Part shown: one piece after another, positions 9,631-19,456 of the stretch
Position numbering within the stretch: position 1 is the first letter of the stretch
How the letters are laid out: each line of letters opens with the position of its first letter
Assembly (NCBI GenBank): GCA_029263395.1
Contig: JAJCXO010000208.1
Span: forward strand, 79,892 to 143,891
Source: Acidobacteriota bacterium
GTDB lineage: Bacteria; Acidobacteriota; Thermoanaerobaculia; Multivoradales; J023
Reading direction: 5' to 3'
Length of the DNA: 64,000 nt
Translations under genes and position numbers: made by a program
The notes under the pieces: generated by a model
What the model saw: only the letters and a program-made list of their open reading frames with translations
Database searches by the model: none
Told to the model about the DNA's origin: nothing

Positions 9631-11076
9631 TTAGCCGTCCTGGTCGCTCGTGTTGTTGGCAGTGGCGAGGATTGCGCTCTCGAGCTCGTCGAGGGACTCG
9701 GAGAGATAGCCGGTGAAGACATCGATGTCCGGCATGATCTCGCGGCTCGAGGTGGCTCCGATCGCCAATTTGCCAGCGTAACTGAAGATTGGCAGGATCA
9801 GCCCCATCCCATCGAAGATCGGGGCGGCTCCAATGTGGGCGATGAGTTTTGCCCCCGCGACGTACAGTGGGATCTGTGGACCGGGCACATTGGTGATGAC
9901 CAGATTGAAGATTGGACGATGTTTTTCGGCTAGATCCATGCGAGTGTACAGGCGAGCCCCCACGCCTGCCAGGCCGAAGGGAATGAATTTACTGTAGTCC
10001 GAGAGGGTCCGAGCGCCGATCGCCTGATGATGGACCTTGGAGCCGGTGGCACCCTCATGGATGAGGCGCAAACGCTCCACTGGATCCTCAACGTCGGTGG
10101 CGAGGGAGACCAGCATGGCTGAAACTTGATTACCCATCGTGCCGCGTTCATCCTCGGAGCGGACCGACACCGGCACCATCGCCACCAGGGGCTTTTCAGG
10201 CAGGTCACCGCTTCCGTCGAGGTAACGACGGAGGGCGCCCGCGCAGATCGCCAGTACCACGTCATTGACCGTGGCATCAACTTGGTGGCGGATCGCCTTG
10301 ATCCGATCGAGCGATAGGACCGCAGCGCTCCAGGAGCGGTTCTGGCTGACCGGTACGTTGAGTCGTGTGCGGGGTGCGCTGAACGGGAACGGTGGTGGCT
10401 TGATCTTCTTCAATCCCCAAACGGCGCCGCTCTTGACTACCCCTTTGACGGTTTCGCCGAGGGTTCCGGTCAATGCCTTGGGCACCTGCAGAAGACCTCG
10501 TCCGCTGCGTTTGAGCAGATCGGTCTTCGACAGCATTTCTTCCGGCTCGCGATGTGCGGCAGGAGCGATTTCTCGGGGCTCTGGTGACGGATCGTAAAGC
10601 GCACTCATGATCTCCGAGCCGGAGACGCCATCGATCGCCGCATGATGAATTTTGCTGATCAGGGCGATCGATCCCGAAGGGACCCCCCCGACGGTGTCCA
10701 GCCCCTCGACGAAAAGCAGCTCCCATAGGGGTTTGTCGCGGTCCATGATCTGGCCGAATTCCCAGGCCATCAGAGCGGACAGCTCTTTCAAGCCGCCGGG
10801 CTCGGGCAATTGGGTGCGCTGCACATGGCGGTTGATGTCGAAGTTTTCGTCCTCGACCCAATACGGCTTACCGAGTTTGAGGGGTACCTCGACAAGGCGC
10901 TGGGTAAAGGTCCGACTGGCGTGGATCCTCGACATCAACAGATCGCGCAACATATCGAGATCCAAGCGACCGTTGGGAGTTTCGGGATCAATGATCGAGA
11001 CGCCGCCGATGTGCATGGGAGCATTGGGCGTTTCGAGATATAGGAAAGAGGCATCGAGGCCGGTGAGTTGTTGCAT
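9631..11076 (-). CDS. Wax ester synthase / diacylglycerol acyltransferase (WS/DGAT)
   Basis: N-terminal LTGLDASFLYLETPNAPMHIG; catalytic HHAAIDG; ATVNDVVLA and NLVITNVPGP motifs. Confidence 0.95.
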   Translation of the reverse strand: MQQLTGLDASFLYLETPNAPMHIGGVSIIDPETPNGRLDLDMLRDLLMSRIHASRTFTQRLVEVPLKLGKPYWVEDENFDINRHVQRTQLPEPGGLKELSALMAWEFGQIMDRDKPLWELLFVEGLDTVGGVPSGSIALISKIHHAAIDGVSGSEIMSALYDPSPEPREIAPAAHREPEEMLSKTDLLKRSGRGLLQVPKALTGTLGETVKGVVKSGAVWGLKKIKPPPFPFSAPRTRLNVPVSQNRSWSAAVLSLDRIKAIRHQVDATVNDVVLAICAGALRRYLDGSGDLPEKPLVAMVPVSVRSEDERGTMGNQVSAMLVSLATDVEDPVERLRLIHEGATGSKVHHQAIGARTLSDYSKFIPFGLAGVGARLYTRMDLAEKHRPIFNLVITNVPGPQIPLYVAGAKLIAHIGAAPIFDGMGLILPIFSYAGKLAIGATSSREIMPDIDVFTGYLSESLDELESAILATANNTSDQDG

Positions 11077-11294
11077 GGATTGAGCTCTCCGCTACTGGGT
11101 TCGTGCTCTGTCGCGAAGATGCCTTTGGCTGCATCGTTCGACATCGCTCTCGAACGTATCGTTAGACCGCATCTCGGCCCTGTCTTCTTCGCAGACTTGC
11201 CATCCTGGCAAGCCTGACATGCTAGCAGCCCTTGTCGCTACCCGGGCTGAAGACCGCGGCAATGAAGGCCACCAAGGGCCGACCGGGCCGACGT

Positions 11295-12293
11295 CTAGGC
11301 TTCCGACGGCTGGACGCAGTCGATCGACAAATCCCGACTCTGTCTGTCGCGGGAAGCACCGTGTTTGTCGCGCGAAGCACCGTGTGTGTCGCGGGAGGCG
11401 GACCGCTTCTGGCTGGATGTTTCAACTTTCGATGCCTCATGGCCAGCTTCAGCCGGGTCCTTCGGCTGACGAAAAAACAGCTTCTTCCACCCCGAGCGTT
11501 CGAACTTCTGCCACTCGCCTTCCGGTTGCGACAGTCGATCGAGGATGACATGCAACACCAGGGGATTGGCGCCCAGTCCAATGTGGCTGCCTGGGACTTG
11601 GATGTTCTCCACCAGGGGACCGTCGGCATCCAGACTGCTGCGCCAGGCGACCACACCGTCGGTGCGGCTGTACACCGAGGTCGTGGGGACCGGCGGTGTG
11701 CTTCGGATGTGGTTGAAGGTCTCCGGGTCAACGTTGTCGATTTGGGTACCACTGACCCATTCGAAGAGCTTCCAGCTGCGGTTCGCCTTGGAATGGGCGT
11801 TGAACGGTGTGCCGAGAGTGATGACGCCGCGGACGTTCTCGGGGCTGCGGTTGGCTAGCAGTCGAGCGTAAACTCCACCGAGGCTCCAACCGATGACGCT
11901 CACCGTTCTGCCGTAGCGTTCCCGTAGCTCCAGCAATCGGTCCATCACACGATCTTCGATACCGTTCCGTGGTCCGAGATTACGCCCGAGTTTCCAACCA
12001 TGCGGTGCGTAGCCGTTGTCCTTGAGGAAACGCCGCATCGGTCGCGTGGAGACGTCAGTGGCGAGGAAGCCGGGTATGACAAGGACTGGATGCCCATCGC
12101 CTTGCGCGCTTCGTCGTAGGGCCGGAAGGACGGCATAAGTCGTCAACAACTCGCCGAGCGCACGACCTTCCAGCAGCAAGTAGCCTAGCGATGGCGGCTT
12201 GACCTCCTGAGGGACTGCGTTGGCACCTTCAGCTGGTGCCGACTCAGCCTCCGAAGCATCTTCAGGCGGCAAGCTGGATTGTGATGGCTTCAT
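11295..12293 (-). CDS. Alpha/beta hydrolase (lipase/esterase) adjacent to WS/DGAT
   Basis: GDGHPVLVIPGF, nucleophile GWSLGG, YSRTDGVV and SHIGLG motifs. Start placed at ATG 12293 (uncertain). Confidence 0.88.
   Translation of the reverse strand: MKPSQSSLPPEDASEAESAPAEGANAVPQEVKPPSLGYLLLEGRALGELLTTYAVLPALRRSAQGDGHPVLVIPGFLATDVSTRPMRRFLKDNGYAPHGWKLGRNLGPRNGIEDRVMDRLLELRERYGRTVSVIGWSLGGVYARLLANRSPENVRGVITLGTPFNAHSKANRSWKLFEWVSGTQIDNVDPETFNHIRSTPPVPTTSVYSRTDGVVAWRSSLDADGPLVENIQVPGSHIGLGANPLVLHVILDRLSQPEGEWQKFERSGWKKLFFRQPKDPAEAGHEASKVETSSQKRSASRDTHGASRDKHGASRDRQSRDLSIDCVQPSEA
11345..11400. repeat. 21-bp tandem repeat x2.5 in the 3' tail of the lipase gene
   Basis: tgtcgcgggaagcaccgtgtt / tgtcgcgcgaagcaccgtgtg / tgtcgcgggaggcg starting at 11345, 11366 and 11387. 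Confidence 0.85.
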
Positions 12294-12504
12294 GACAATG
12301 TGAAGCGTGAGTTTACCGTGCGGTAAAGAACCGTGCAAGGCCGAGGGGTTGGTCGCTCGCTCTCAGGGACCGGAGACTGTACTCGAAGATCCGAAACCGT
12401 GTTGAGGATCGGAGACCGCCTTCGATACACTCGCCACAGAGCCTCTCGCGCACTCCCCGAAGGTCCATCACGGAAGATTTGCCGTCCTCGAAGGGACTTG
12501 AAGT

Positions 12505-13239
12505 ATGGTCGAAGAGTCGTTTCCCCCAGTACCGCCTCAGATACCGCCCGGCTGGGAGGGCGCGTCGACGGAGGACGCGGAACGTCCGAGAATACCGTGG
12601 GAGGAGCGCAACAGGCTCGGGTGGGCCGATGCCTTGATCGAGACGGTCAAGCTGATCGTCACCGCGCCAGCTGATGCATTTTCCAGATTGAGAGCGGATG
12701 GCGAGGTGATTTGGCCGCTGCTCTTCGGTCTGTTCTTCAGCTGGCTCGGGCAGGCTTTTGGTCAGATGTGGAACTTGGTGTTTGGCCAAGCGATGCAATC
12801 CAATCTGGGTGAGATCAGTGAGCTCGAAGGTTTTGGCCAGCTTTTTGCGGCCAGTCCGCTCAGCGCCCTGATCTGGATTGTGGTGTGGCCACTTCTGTTC
12901 GGAATCGTGATGTTGATCTCCGCCGGGATTTTTCACCTGAGTCTGTTGCTCGTCGGCGCGACCAATAAGTCGGCGACTGGATTCGAGGGTACCTTCAAGG
13001 TGCTCTGTTACGCCCAGGTCTCGAGCTTGCTGTCGATAGTCCCGATACTTGGCGGACTCCTGGCCATCCTGGCGTCGCTGGTCTTGACAGTGATCGGTTT
13101 CACTAAAGTTCACCAGGCAAACCAGGGCAGCGCGTTGGTTGCGGTGTTGATCCCAGTGTCCTTGTGCTGTGTCTGCTGCTTGGTGTTTTTTGTGCTGATG
13201 ATCGGAGGCGCCATGGCGGCGCTGACGGCTGGTGGCTGA
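12505..13239 (+). CDS. YIP1 family membrane protein
   Basis: IPWEER N-terminus, 5-6 TM helices, 'FEGTFKVLCYAQ' segment. Confidence 0.8.
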   Translation: MVEESFPPVPPQIPPGWEGASTEDAERPRIPWEERNRLGWADALIETVKLIVTAPADAFSRLRADGEVIWPLLFGLFFSWLGQAFGQMWNLVFGQAMQSNLGEISELEGFGQLFAASPLSALIWIVVWPLLFGIVMLISAGIFHLSLLLVGATNKSATGFEGTFKVLCYAQVSSLLSIVPILGGLLAILASLVLTVIGFTKVHQANQGSALVAVLIPVSLCCVCCLVFFVLMIGGAMAALTAGG

Positions 13240-13621
13240 GCCCGTCGGTCGCCAGTTCGGTTTGTTGTGGGGCATAGCCGCGCTGTCCTTGATTGCGCTT
13301 TCGCCGCTGGCAGCGGCAGCCGCTGGCAACCTGTGGAGCTGTCCCTTCAAGAGCATGGTTGGTTTTGCCTGTCCTGGGTGTGGCACCACTCGGGCGGCGC
13401 TGGACCTCGCCCGGCTCGATCCATTGCACGCAGTGACGCACTACCCGTTGCCAGCCCTCGCTTGGATGGGATTTATCGTTGGCGGGCTTGTGGCTGGCTG
13501 GCGCGCTTGGCGCCGTCAGTCCCTTCCACGAGTCCCTCGTCGACTGCCGATTTGGGCACGCTGCGCCCTCGTCGGCGTTGTCCTGGTCAACTGGGCGTAC
13601 TCGATCGCGACCGGGGTTTGA
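13232..13621 (+). CDS. DUF2752-like membrane protein
   Basis: CPFKSMVGFACPGCGTTRA motif plus TM helices; overlaps the YIP1 stop. Confidence 0.85.
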   Translation: MAEPVGRQFGLLWGIAALSLIALSPLAAAAAGNLWSCPFKSMVGFACPGCGTTRAALDLARLDPLHAVTHYPLPALAWMGFIVGGLVAGWRAWRRQSLPRVPRRLPIWARCALVGVVLVNWAYSIATGV

Positions 13622-13634
13622 GGCCGACCCGAGC

Positions 13635-16571
13635 TCAGTCTTCGTAACTCTCGATCGGCGGGCAAGTGCAGATCAGGTTGCGGTCTCCCCAGGCATTGTC
13701 GATCCGACCGACCGAGGGCCAGAATTTTGATTCCCGGGTCCAAGGTGCGGGGAACGCAGCCACCTCTCTAGAGTAAGGGTGCGTCCACTCTGAAGCGGTC
13801 ACCATAGCCGCGGTGTGAGGCGCGTTGTGGAGCGGATTGTCCTCACGGTCTGAGCGCCCTGCTTCGATCTCGCGAATCTCTTCGCGGATTGCGATCATGG
13901 CATCACAGAACCGATCGAGCTCAGTTTTGCACTCGCTCTCGGTGGGTTCGATCATCAGGGTGCCAGGCACTGGGAACGACATCGTCGGAGCGTGGAAACC
14001 ATAGTCCATGAGGCGTTTGGCGATGTCTTCCGCGCCGATGTCGGCGCTGGTCTCGAACGGTCGGATATCGACGATCAACTCATGGGCGACGCGTCCGCGG
14101 TCGCCGCGGTAGAGCACCGGGTAGTGATCCTGGAGTCGGGCGGCCATGTAATTGGCGTTGAGAATCGCCACTTCGGACGCTCGCTTCAATCCGATTGGGC
14201 CCATCAACGCGATGTACATCCAGGAAATTGGAAGGATACTGGCGCTGCCCCAAGGGGCCGCTGCCACTGCCCCCATCGAATGGTCGCCGCCGACCTCGAC
14301 TACTGGGTGATTGGGGAGAAATGGTGCGAGATGCAATTTGACGCCACAGGGACCAACTCCCGGACCACCGCCGCCGTGGGGGATACAGAATGTCTTGTGG
14401 AGGTTCAAATGGCAAACGTCGGCGCCGTAGTCAGCGGGGCGGCATAAACCGACCTGAGCGTTGAGGTTGGCGCCGTCGAGGTAAACCTGGCCGCCATGCT
14501 GATGAATGATGTCGCAGATATCACGGATCGCTTCTTCGAAAACGCCGTGGGTCGACGGATAGGTGACCATCAAAGCGGCGAGCGTTTCACTGTGGGCCTC
14601 AGCCTTGGCGCGCAGATCGTCGAGGTCGACATTACCCCGATCATCACAGGCGACGACCACCACTTTCATGCCTGCCATCACCGACGATGCCGGGTTGGTG
14701 CCGTGAGCGGAGATCGGTACCAGACAAACGTTCCGATGACTCTCGCCGCGTGAGCGATGGAATGCGCGAATTACCATCAAGCCGGTGTATTCACCTTGTG
14801 CGCCAGCGTTGGGTTGCACCGACATGGCGTCGAAGCCGGTGATGGCGCACAGCCAAGTCTCGAGCGAGTCGAAGAGGAGTCGGTACCCTTGGCTTTGGCT
14901 CGCCGGAACAAAAGGATGCATGTTGGCAATTTCAGTCCAACCGATCGGCACCATTTCGCTGGTGGCGTTGAGCTTCATGGTGCACGAGCCGAGCGAGATC
15001 ATCGATGTTGTCAACGATAGATCGCGGCGTTCGAGTCGATTGAGATACCGTAACATCTCATGCTCGGTGCGATAGTTGTGAAACACCGGATGGGTCAGAA
15101 AGTCAGAGTGGCGTCGGTGTTCAGCGGGAAGCTCCGCCGAGCCGCTCAACTCAGCAAGCGCTGGCGCCTCGACCTCATCACCTGCGGCCTCGGCGAAAAG
15201 GCCGAGCAGGGCCACCAGCTCAGCGATGGTGGTCGCTTCGTCGAGGGATAACCCGATGCTGTGGTCGCCCAAGCGTCGAAGATTGATCCGGCGTGCTTCG
15301 GCCGCCTGCAGGAGGTCGTCGGCGCTTTGATCTTGGAGCTCGATCCGCAGCGTGTCGAAGCATGGTGCTTCGTCCACCGCCCAGCCCAGGCGTCGCAGGC
15401 CGGAGGCCAGCGTTGTGGTCATGGCATGGACGCGCTGGGCGATACGCCGCAGGCCATCCGGGCCATGGTAAACGGCATACATACCGGCCATGATGGCGAG
15501 AAGTACTTGGGCGGTGCAGATATTCGACGTCGCCTTTTCACGCCGGATGTGCTGTTCGCGAGTTTGCATCGCCATGCGGTAGGCCGGCTGATCCTGGCTG
15601 TCGCGCGAAATCCCAATGATCCGCCCAGGGATTTGCCGCTTGTGCTTTTCGGTGGTTGCCAGGAATGCGGCGTGCGGACCGCCGAAACCCAAAGGCACCC
15701 CGAATCTCTGTGACGAGCCCACCGCGATATCCGCGCCGAGTTCGCCCGGAGGCCGGAGCAGAGTGAGCGCCAGCAGGTCGGTCGCCATGATCACCATGGC
15801 TTTGGCAGCGTGGGCTTGTTCGATCAGTGGTCCGTAGTCGAGGATCTTGCCATCGGTGGTCGGATATTGGAGCAGAACGCCGCACACGTCGCCTGCCGCA
15901 AGATCTATCTCGCGATGGTCGCCGATACGGAGTTCGATGCCCAGGCCCGCGGCTCGGGTCGTCAACACCGCAAGGGTTTGCGGGTGACAGTCACTGGCTG
16001 CGAAGAACGCCGGCTTTTTGCCGCGGGCGATGCTGTAGGCCATCCCCATCGCCTCGGCCGCCGCGGTTGCTTCGTCGAGCAGCGAGGCGTTGGCCACCGG
16101 TAGGCCAGTGAGATCCGACACCATGGTTTGATAATTGATCAGGGCTTCGAGCCGACCTTGGGAGATCTCAGCCTGGTAGGGCGTGTACTGGGTATACCAG
16201 CCAGGATTTTCGAGGATGTTGCGTTGGATGACAGCCGGCACCAAGCAGTCGTAATAGCCCATACCGATGAACGAGCGGAACACCTCGTTGCGGCTCACCA
16301 TCGATTTCAGCCAGGCGCGCCCTTCGACCTCGCCGATCGCCCGGGCTGGGTCGTCGATGCCATCGATCTCGAGCCTTTCCTCATAGCGGATCGATGCCGG
16401 CACGGTTTCATCGATCAACTGGTCGAGTGAGTTGACACCGAGTGCGTCCAGCATGCCACCGATCTCGTTGTCCGAGGGGCCGATATGGCGATGAACGAAC
16501 GTGTCCGTTGGCTCGAAGAGACCGTCGGTGGGAGACGTGGCTGCGGTGCGGGGCGAGGTACTTACACTCAT
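13635..16571 (-). CDS. gcvP: Glycine dehydrogenase (decarboxylating), single-chain P protein
   Basis: [53 protein letters not shown] and HLNLHKTF (PLP lysine) motifs. Confidence 0.98.
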   Translation of the reverse strand: MSVSTSPRTAATSPTDGLFEPTDTFVHRHIGPSDNEIGGMLDALGVNSLDQLIDETVPASIRYEERLEIDGIDDPARAIGEVEGRAWLKSMVSRNEVFRSFIGMGYYDCLVPAVIQRNILENPGWYTQYTPYQAEISQGRLEALINYQTMVSDLTGLPVANASLLDEATAAAEAMGMAYSIARGKKPAFFAASDCHPQTLAVLTTRAAGLGIELRIGDHREIDLAAGDVCGVLLQYPTTDGKILDYGPLIEQAHAAKAMVIMATDLLALTLLRPPGELGADIAVGSSQRFGVPLGFGGPHAAFLATTEKHKRQIPGRIIGISRDSQDQPAYRMAMQTREQHIRREKATSNICTAQVLLAIMAGMYAVYHGPDGLRRIAQRVHAMTTTLASGLRRLGWAVDEAPCFDTLRIELQDQSADDLLQAAEARRINLRRLGDHSIGLSLDEATTIAELVALLGLFAEAAGDEVEAPALAELSGSAELPAEHRRHSDFLTHPVFHNYRTEHEMLRYLNRLERRDLSLTTSMISLGSCTMKLNATSEMVPIGWTEIANMHPFVPASQSQGYRLLFDSLETWLCAITGFDAMSVQPNAGAQGEYTGLMVIRAFHRSRGESHRNVCLVPISAHGTNPASSVMAGMKVVVVACDDRGNVDLDDLRAKAEAHSETLAALMVTYPSTHGVFEEAIRDICDIIHQHGGQVYLDGANLNAQVGLCRPADYGADVCHLNLHKTFCIPHGGGGPGVGPCGVKLHLAPFLPNHPVVEVGGDHSMGAVAAAPWGSASILPISWMYIALMGPIGLKRASEVAILNANYMAARLQDHYPVLYRGDRGRVAHELIVDIRPFETSADIGAEDIAKRLMDYGFHAPTMSFPVPGTLMIEPTESECKTELDRFCDAMIAIREEIREIEAGRSDREDNPLHNAPHTAAMVTASEWTHPYSREVAAFPAPWTRESKFWPSVGRIDNAWGDRNLICTCPPIESYED

Positions 16572-16693
16572 CTTCGGTAGTCCGGGGAAATGTTAGAGCT
16601 ATGCGGCGCGGGAGCGCTGCACGACAGGAGGGATCCACGTCGAGGGTGGCGTCGTCGCGGAATAATACTTCAGAAGTTGTGGCGGTTAGGTGA

Positions 16694-16849
16694 TCACATG
16701 CCGCCGATGGTCGACGACCAGGCCGACGTATCACCGGTCTCGAAATTACCCTTAGCCTGTCGGTCAGCAATCGACGCGCTGGTCAAGATCGCGAGCGCGA
16801 CGGAAAACGAGATGGGCACAGCGATGCGGTGCGATCGAAATCCGAGCAT
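16694..16849 (-). CDS. Small 51-aa ORF: signal peptide plus 'NFETGDTSAWS' tail
   Basis: Below the ORF-track cutoff. GGAGG RBS 9 nt upstream of the ATG. Translation: MLGFRSHRIAVPISFSVALAILTSASIADRQAKGNFETGDTSAWSSTIGGM. Confidence 0.6.
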   Translation of the reverse strand: MLGFRSHRIAVPISFSVALAILTSASIADRQAKGNFETGDTSAWSSTIGGM

Positions 16850-16965
16850 GGCAAACGACCTCCAGTTTGGCTTTGAGACGGTTGCGGGAGCTGTCGACGA
16901 AGAGCAATCAGGAGCCAGCGATTCTATAGGAGTTGACGTTGTCGTTCCTGAACTCTTACCGCTTC

Positions 16966-19428
16966 TCAGCCGGACCGTGTCCTGACCTGTACCTGTCGCC
17001 GGGCCGAAAGTCCTGCTTCATCCATGACGACAATTTCATGGTGTCCAGGTTGCGGCAGCCACCAGACGCGGTCGGCAGCATCGGCGGCGGCGAGGAATTC
17101 GCCGTCAACGAACCAGGAGAGTCGAGACCCGGGGTTCAGGCTCTCGGCTTGCAAAGGTACCTCTTGATCTGAGGCCGGGATGCCCGGCAACAACACCAGA
17201 ATTTGGCCCGCTGGTGGCGACAGGATGGTAGGGGCACGCCGCTGTCCGGCGACCCGGCATTCGTCAGCCAGGGTAGGCGGATTGGGCAACCAGCGATGGC
17301 CGGCGGTGAGCCAGCGCCGAATGCTGGCCGGCCAGACGACATAGTTGCGAGTTTCGTAGGAACGGCCGGCGCGACAGGAGGGGTTGAGTGCGAGGCCGGT
17401 AGTGAGGTCGACATCGATCGCCGTGTGGTAGGGGCAACGCTGAGTCGGGACTCGATGGCGTAGTGCCAAAACTCGGCGGCGCTGTTCGCAAGCTGGCTTC
17501 GGTAGGTACCCTGAGTAGGCGCAGACTTCCACCCGTTTGAGATCATTTGGTGGTCGCTCGGCGATCCGTGGGCGAGATCGATCGGCAACGGCTTCCAGCA
17601 GATCGAACAACAGTGGCCCGGCAGCCTCGGCACCAACTAGATCGACGCTCGGCTGGTTGTCAAAGTTGCCGAGCCAAACGACCGCGGTGTGATCGGGCCC
17701 CGAGCCCGCCGCCCAGGCATCGCGGTGACCGTAGCTGGTGCCGGTTTTCCAATGGATTGCTGGCGGTGCTCCCGACAGCTTGCGGCGGGATGGGAAGTCC
17801 GGCCGGTCTCGGCGTGCGAGTGCCCGTCGGGTCAAGAAGGCGCTGCCTGGAGAAAAAATCCGCGCGTCCGCGGGTTGGTCGGTGGCTGTGCTGAGCCAGC
17901 GCAGTGGACGATACTGTCCGTCTCGAGCCAAGCCAGTGTAGAGTGCAGCCACTTCGAGGGGTGTGATGTCGACCGAGCCGATCGCGGCTGACAGTCCGTA
18001 ATAACCGCGCTCGTGACGCAGCCCGGCCGCCCCCGCAGCCTGCAGGTTGCCAATGAAACGTTCGACCCCGAGTCGGCCGAGCAGCCGGACGAAGGGAATG
18101 TTGAGGGAGAACGACAGCGCGTCTTCGAGCGGAATCAAGCCGGTGAATGTACCGTCGTAATTGCGTGGCGCGTAGTCGGTGTAAGCGGTTGGAACATCGG
18201 GCACCAGGTGTTCGGGTAAGGCTAATCCACGGTCGATTGCGAGTGCGTAAATGAATGGTTTGAGAGCCGAGCCTGGCGAGCGAGGCGTATCGAAGCCGAT
18301 GATCTGGCCGCCGTGTTGCTCGTCCCAGAAATCGAAGTTGCCGACCAGGGCGCGCACTTCGGCCGTGCGATGGTCGACGATCACGGCGGCACCATTGTGG
18401 ATGCCTTGAAACGCCATCTCGGCGTGGGTACCGGCCATCGCCTTCTCGGCCATCCGTTGCAGACCGCGATCCAAGGTTGTTTCGATACGTGTTGCACCTT
18501 GTAGCCGGGGTTGGGCTGTCAGCCAGAAGGCGGCATGGGGTGCGTAACGAGGCAGCGGCCGTACCTCACTGGGCAACGCGGCTGTTCGCAATCGTGTTGA
18601 GGATGGGTCGTCGCTCGAGGTGATTCCGCGATCCTCCAGCCAGCCGATGATGTCATCGCGAGCAGCACGTAGCCGTTCGCTGTTGTCACGGGTCGGGAAT
18701 CGACGGCTTGGGCGCTGAGGCACAGCCAGCAACACGGCAATCTCGTCGAACGTCAGGTCTTGCGGGCCGTGGCCGAAGTAGGCGTGGGAGGCTGCGACGA
18801 CCCCTTCGATGTTGCGGCCGAAGGGGATGAAGCTCAGGTAGGCCGCCAGGATTTCCGGCTTCGACATCCGTGCTTCGATCTGCATTGCCCGCAACGCCTC
18901 GGTGATTTTGGACCGTAGGCTGCGAGGCCGCGGTTCGAGTACCCTCACCAGTTGCATGGTAAGGGTCGAGGCGCCGGAAGCCACCCGTTGGTAGCGTATG
19001 TTGAGACCGATGGCCCGTACTACTGCCAGCGGGTCGACGCCAGGGTGACGATAAAAACGTTTGTCCTCGAAGCGCAGCAGGGCTGCCAAATAGTCCGGGT
19101 CGACTGCGACGTCGGCGTCAAGATCGGCGTCAGTGTCGATCTCGGAGGATGTGACCGCCATCCGGTATTTGTCGTCAGGGGATAAAAAGACGTAGGCTGG
19201 CGAGCCATCTTCGAATGTGACGACGGTCGAGGGTGGTTCGGCGAGGCGGTCCGGGAGCGGCAGAACGTAAGCCAACGCCCAGAACGAGCCGAAGATGAGG
19301 CTGAACAGCACCAGCAGGATGAGCGTCCGGCGTCGCCAGATGTTGGTCCACGAAACGTTGGCCCGCCAAAGACGATCTCGCCAGACCTCGCGGCGTTGTA
19401 CTTTTGGAATGCCGGCGCTCGAGTCCAT
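16966..19428 (-). CDS. pbpC: Penicillin-binding protein 1C
   Basis: Transglycosylase motifs EDKRFYRHPGVD and GASTLTMQL; transpeptidase SPGSALKPF, SLN and KTGTS; C-terminal BiPBP domain. Directly downstream of alpha-2-macroglobulin. Start placed at ATG 19428 (GGAG RBS). Confidence 0.95.
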   Translation of the reverse strand: MDSSAGIPKVQRREVWRDRLWRANVSWTNIWRRRTLILLVLFSLIFGSFWALAYVLPLPDRLAEPPSTVVTFEDGSPAYVFLSPDDKYRMAVTSSEIDTDADLDADVAVDPDYLAALLRFEDKRFYRHPGVDPLAVVRAIGLNIRYQRVASGASTLTMQLVRVLEPRPRSLRSKITEALRAMQIEARMSKPEILAAYLSFIPFGRNIEGVVAASHAYFGHGPQDLTFDEIAVLLAVPQRPSRRFPTRDNSERLRAARDDIIGWLEDRGITSSDDPSSTRLRTAALPSEVRPLPRYAPHAAFWLTAQPRLQGATRIETTLDRGLQRMAEKAMAGTHAEMAFQGIHNGAAVIVDHRTAEVRALVGNFDFWDEQHGGQIIGFDTPRSPGSALKPFIYALAIDRGLALPEHLVPDVPTAYTDYAPRNYDGTFTGLIPLEDALSFSLNIPFVRLLGRLGVERFIGNLQAAGAAGLRHERGYYGLSAAIGSVDITPLEVAALYTGLARDGQYRPLRWLSTATDQPADARIFSPGSAFLTRRALARRDRPDFPSRRKLSGAPPAIHWKTGTSYGHRDAWAAGSGPDHTAVVWLGNFDNQPSVDLVGAEAAGPLLFDLLEAVADRSRPRIAERPPNDLKRVEVCAYSGYLPKPACEQRRRVLALRHRVPTQRCPYHTAIDVDLTTGLALNPSCRAGRSYETRNYVVWPASIRRWLTAGHRWLPNPPTLADECRVAGQRRAPTILSPPAGQILVLLPGIPASDQEVPLQAESLNPGSRLSWFVDGEFLAAADAADRVWWLPQPGHHEIVVMDEAGLSARRQVQVRTRSG

Positions 19429-19456
19429 CCAAATTACTCCGCTCCCGGCGTGATAG

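Noticed and set aside
16572-16965. Glycine riboswitch upstream of gcvP
   Set aside because: I found no GGAGA...CCGAAG...CTCTCAGG-type aptamer motifs on the minus strand, and the space holds a small ORF instead. An Rfam scan would be definitive.
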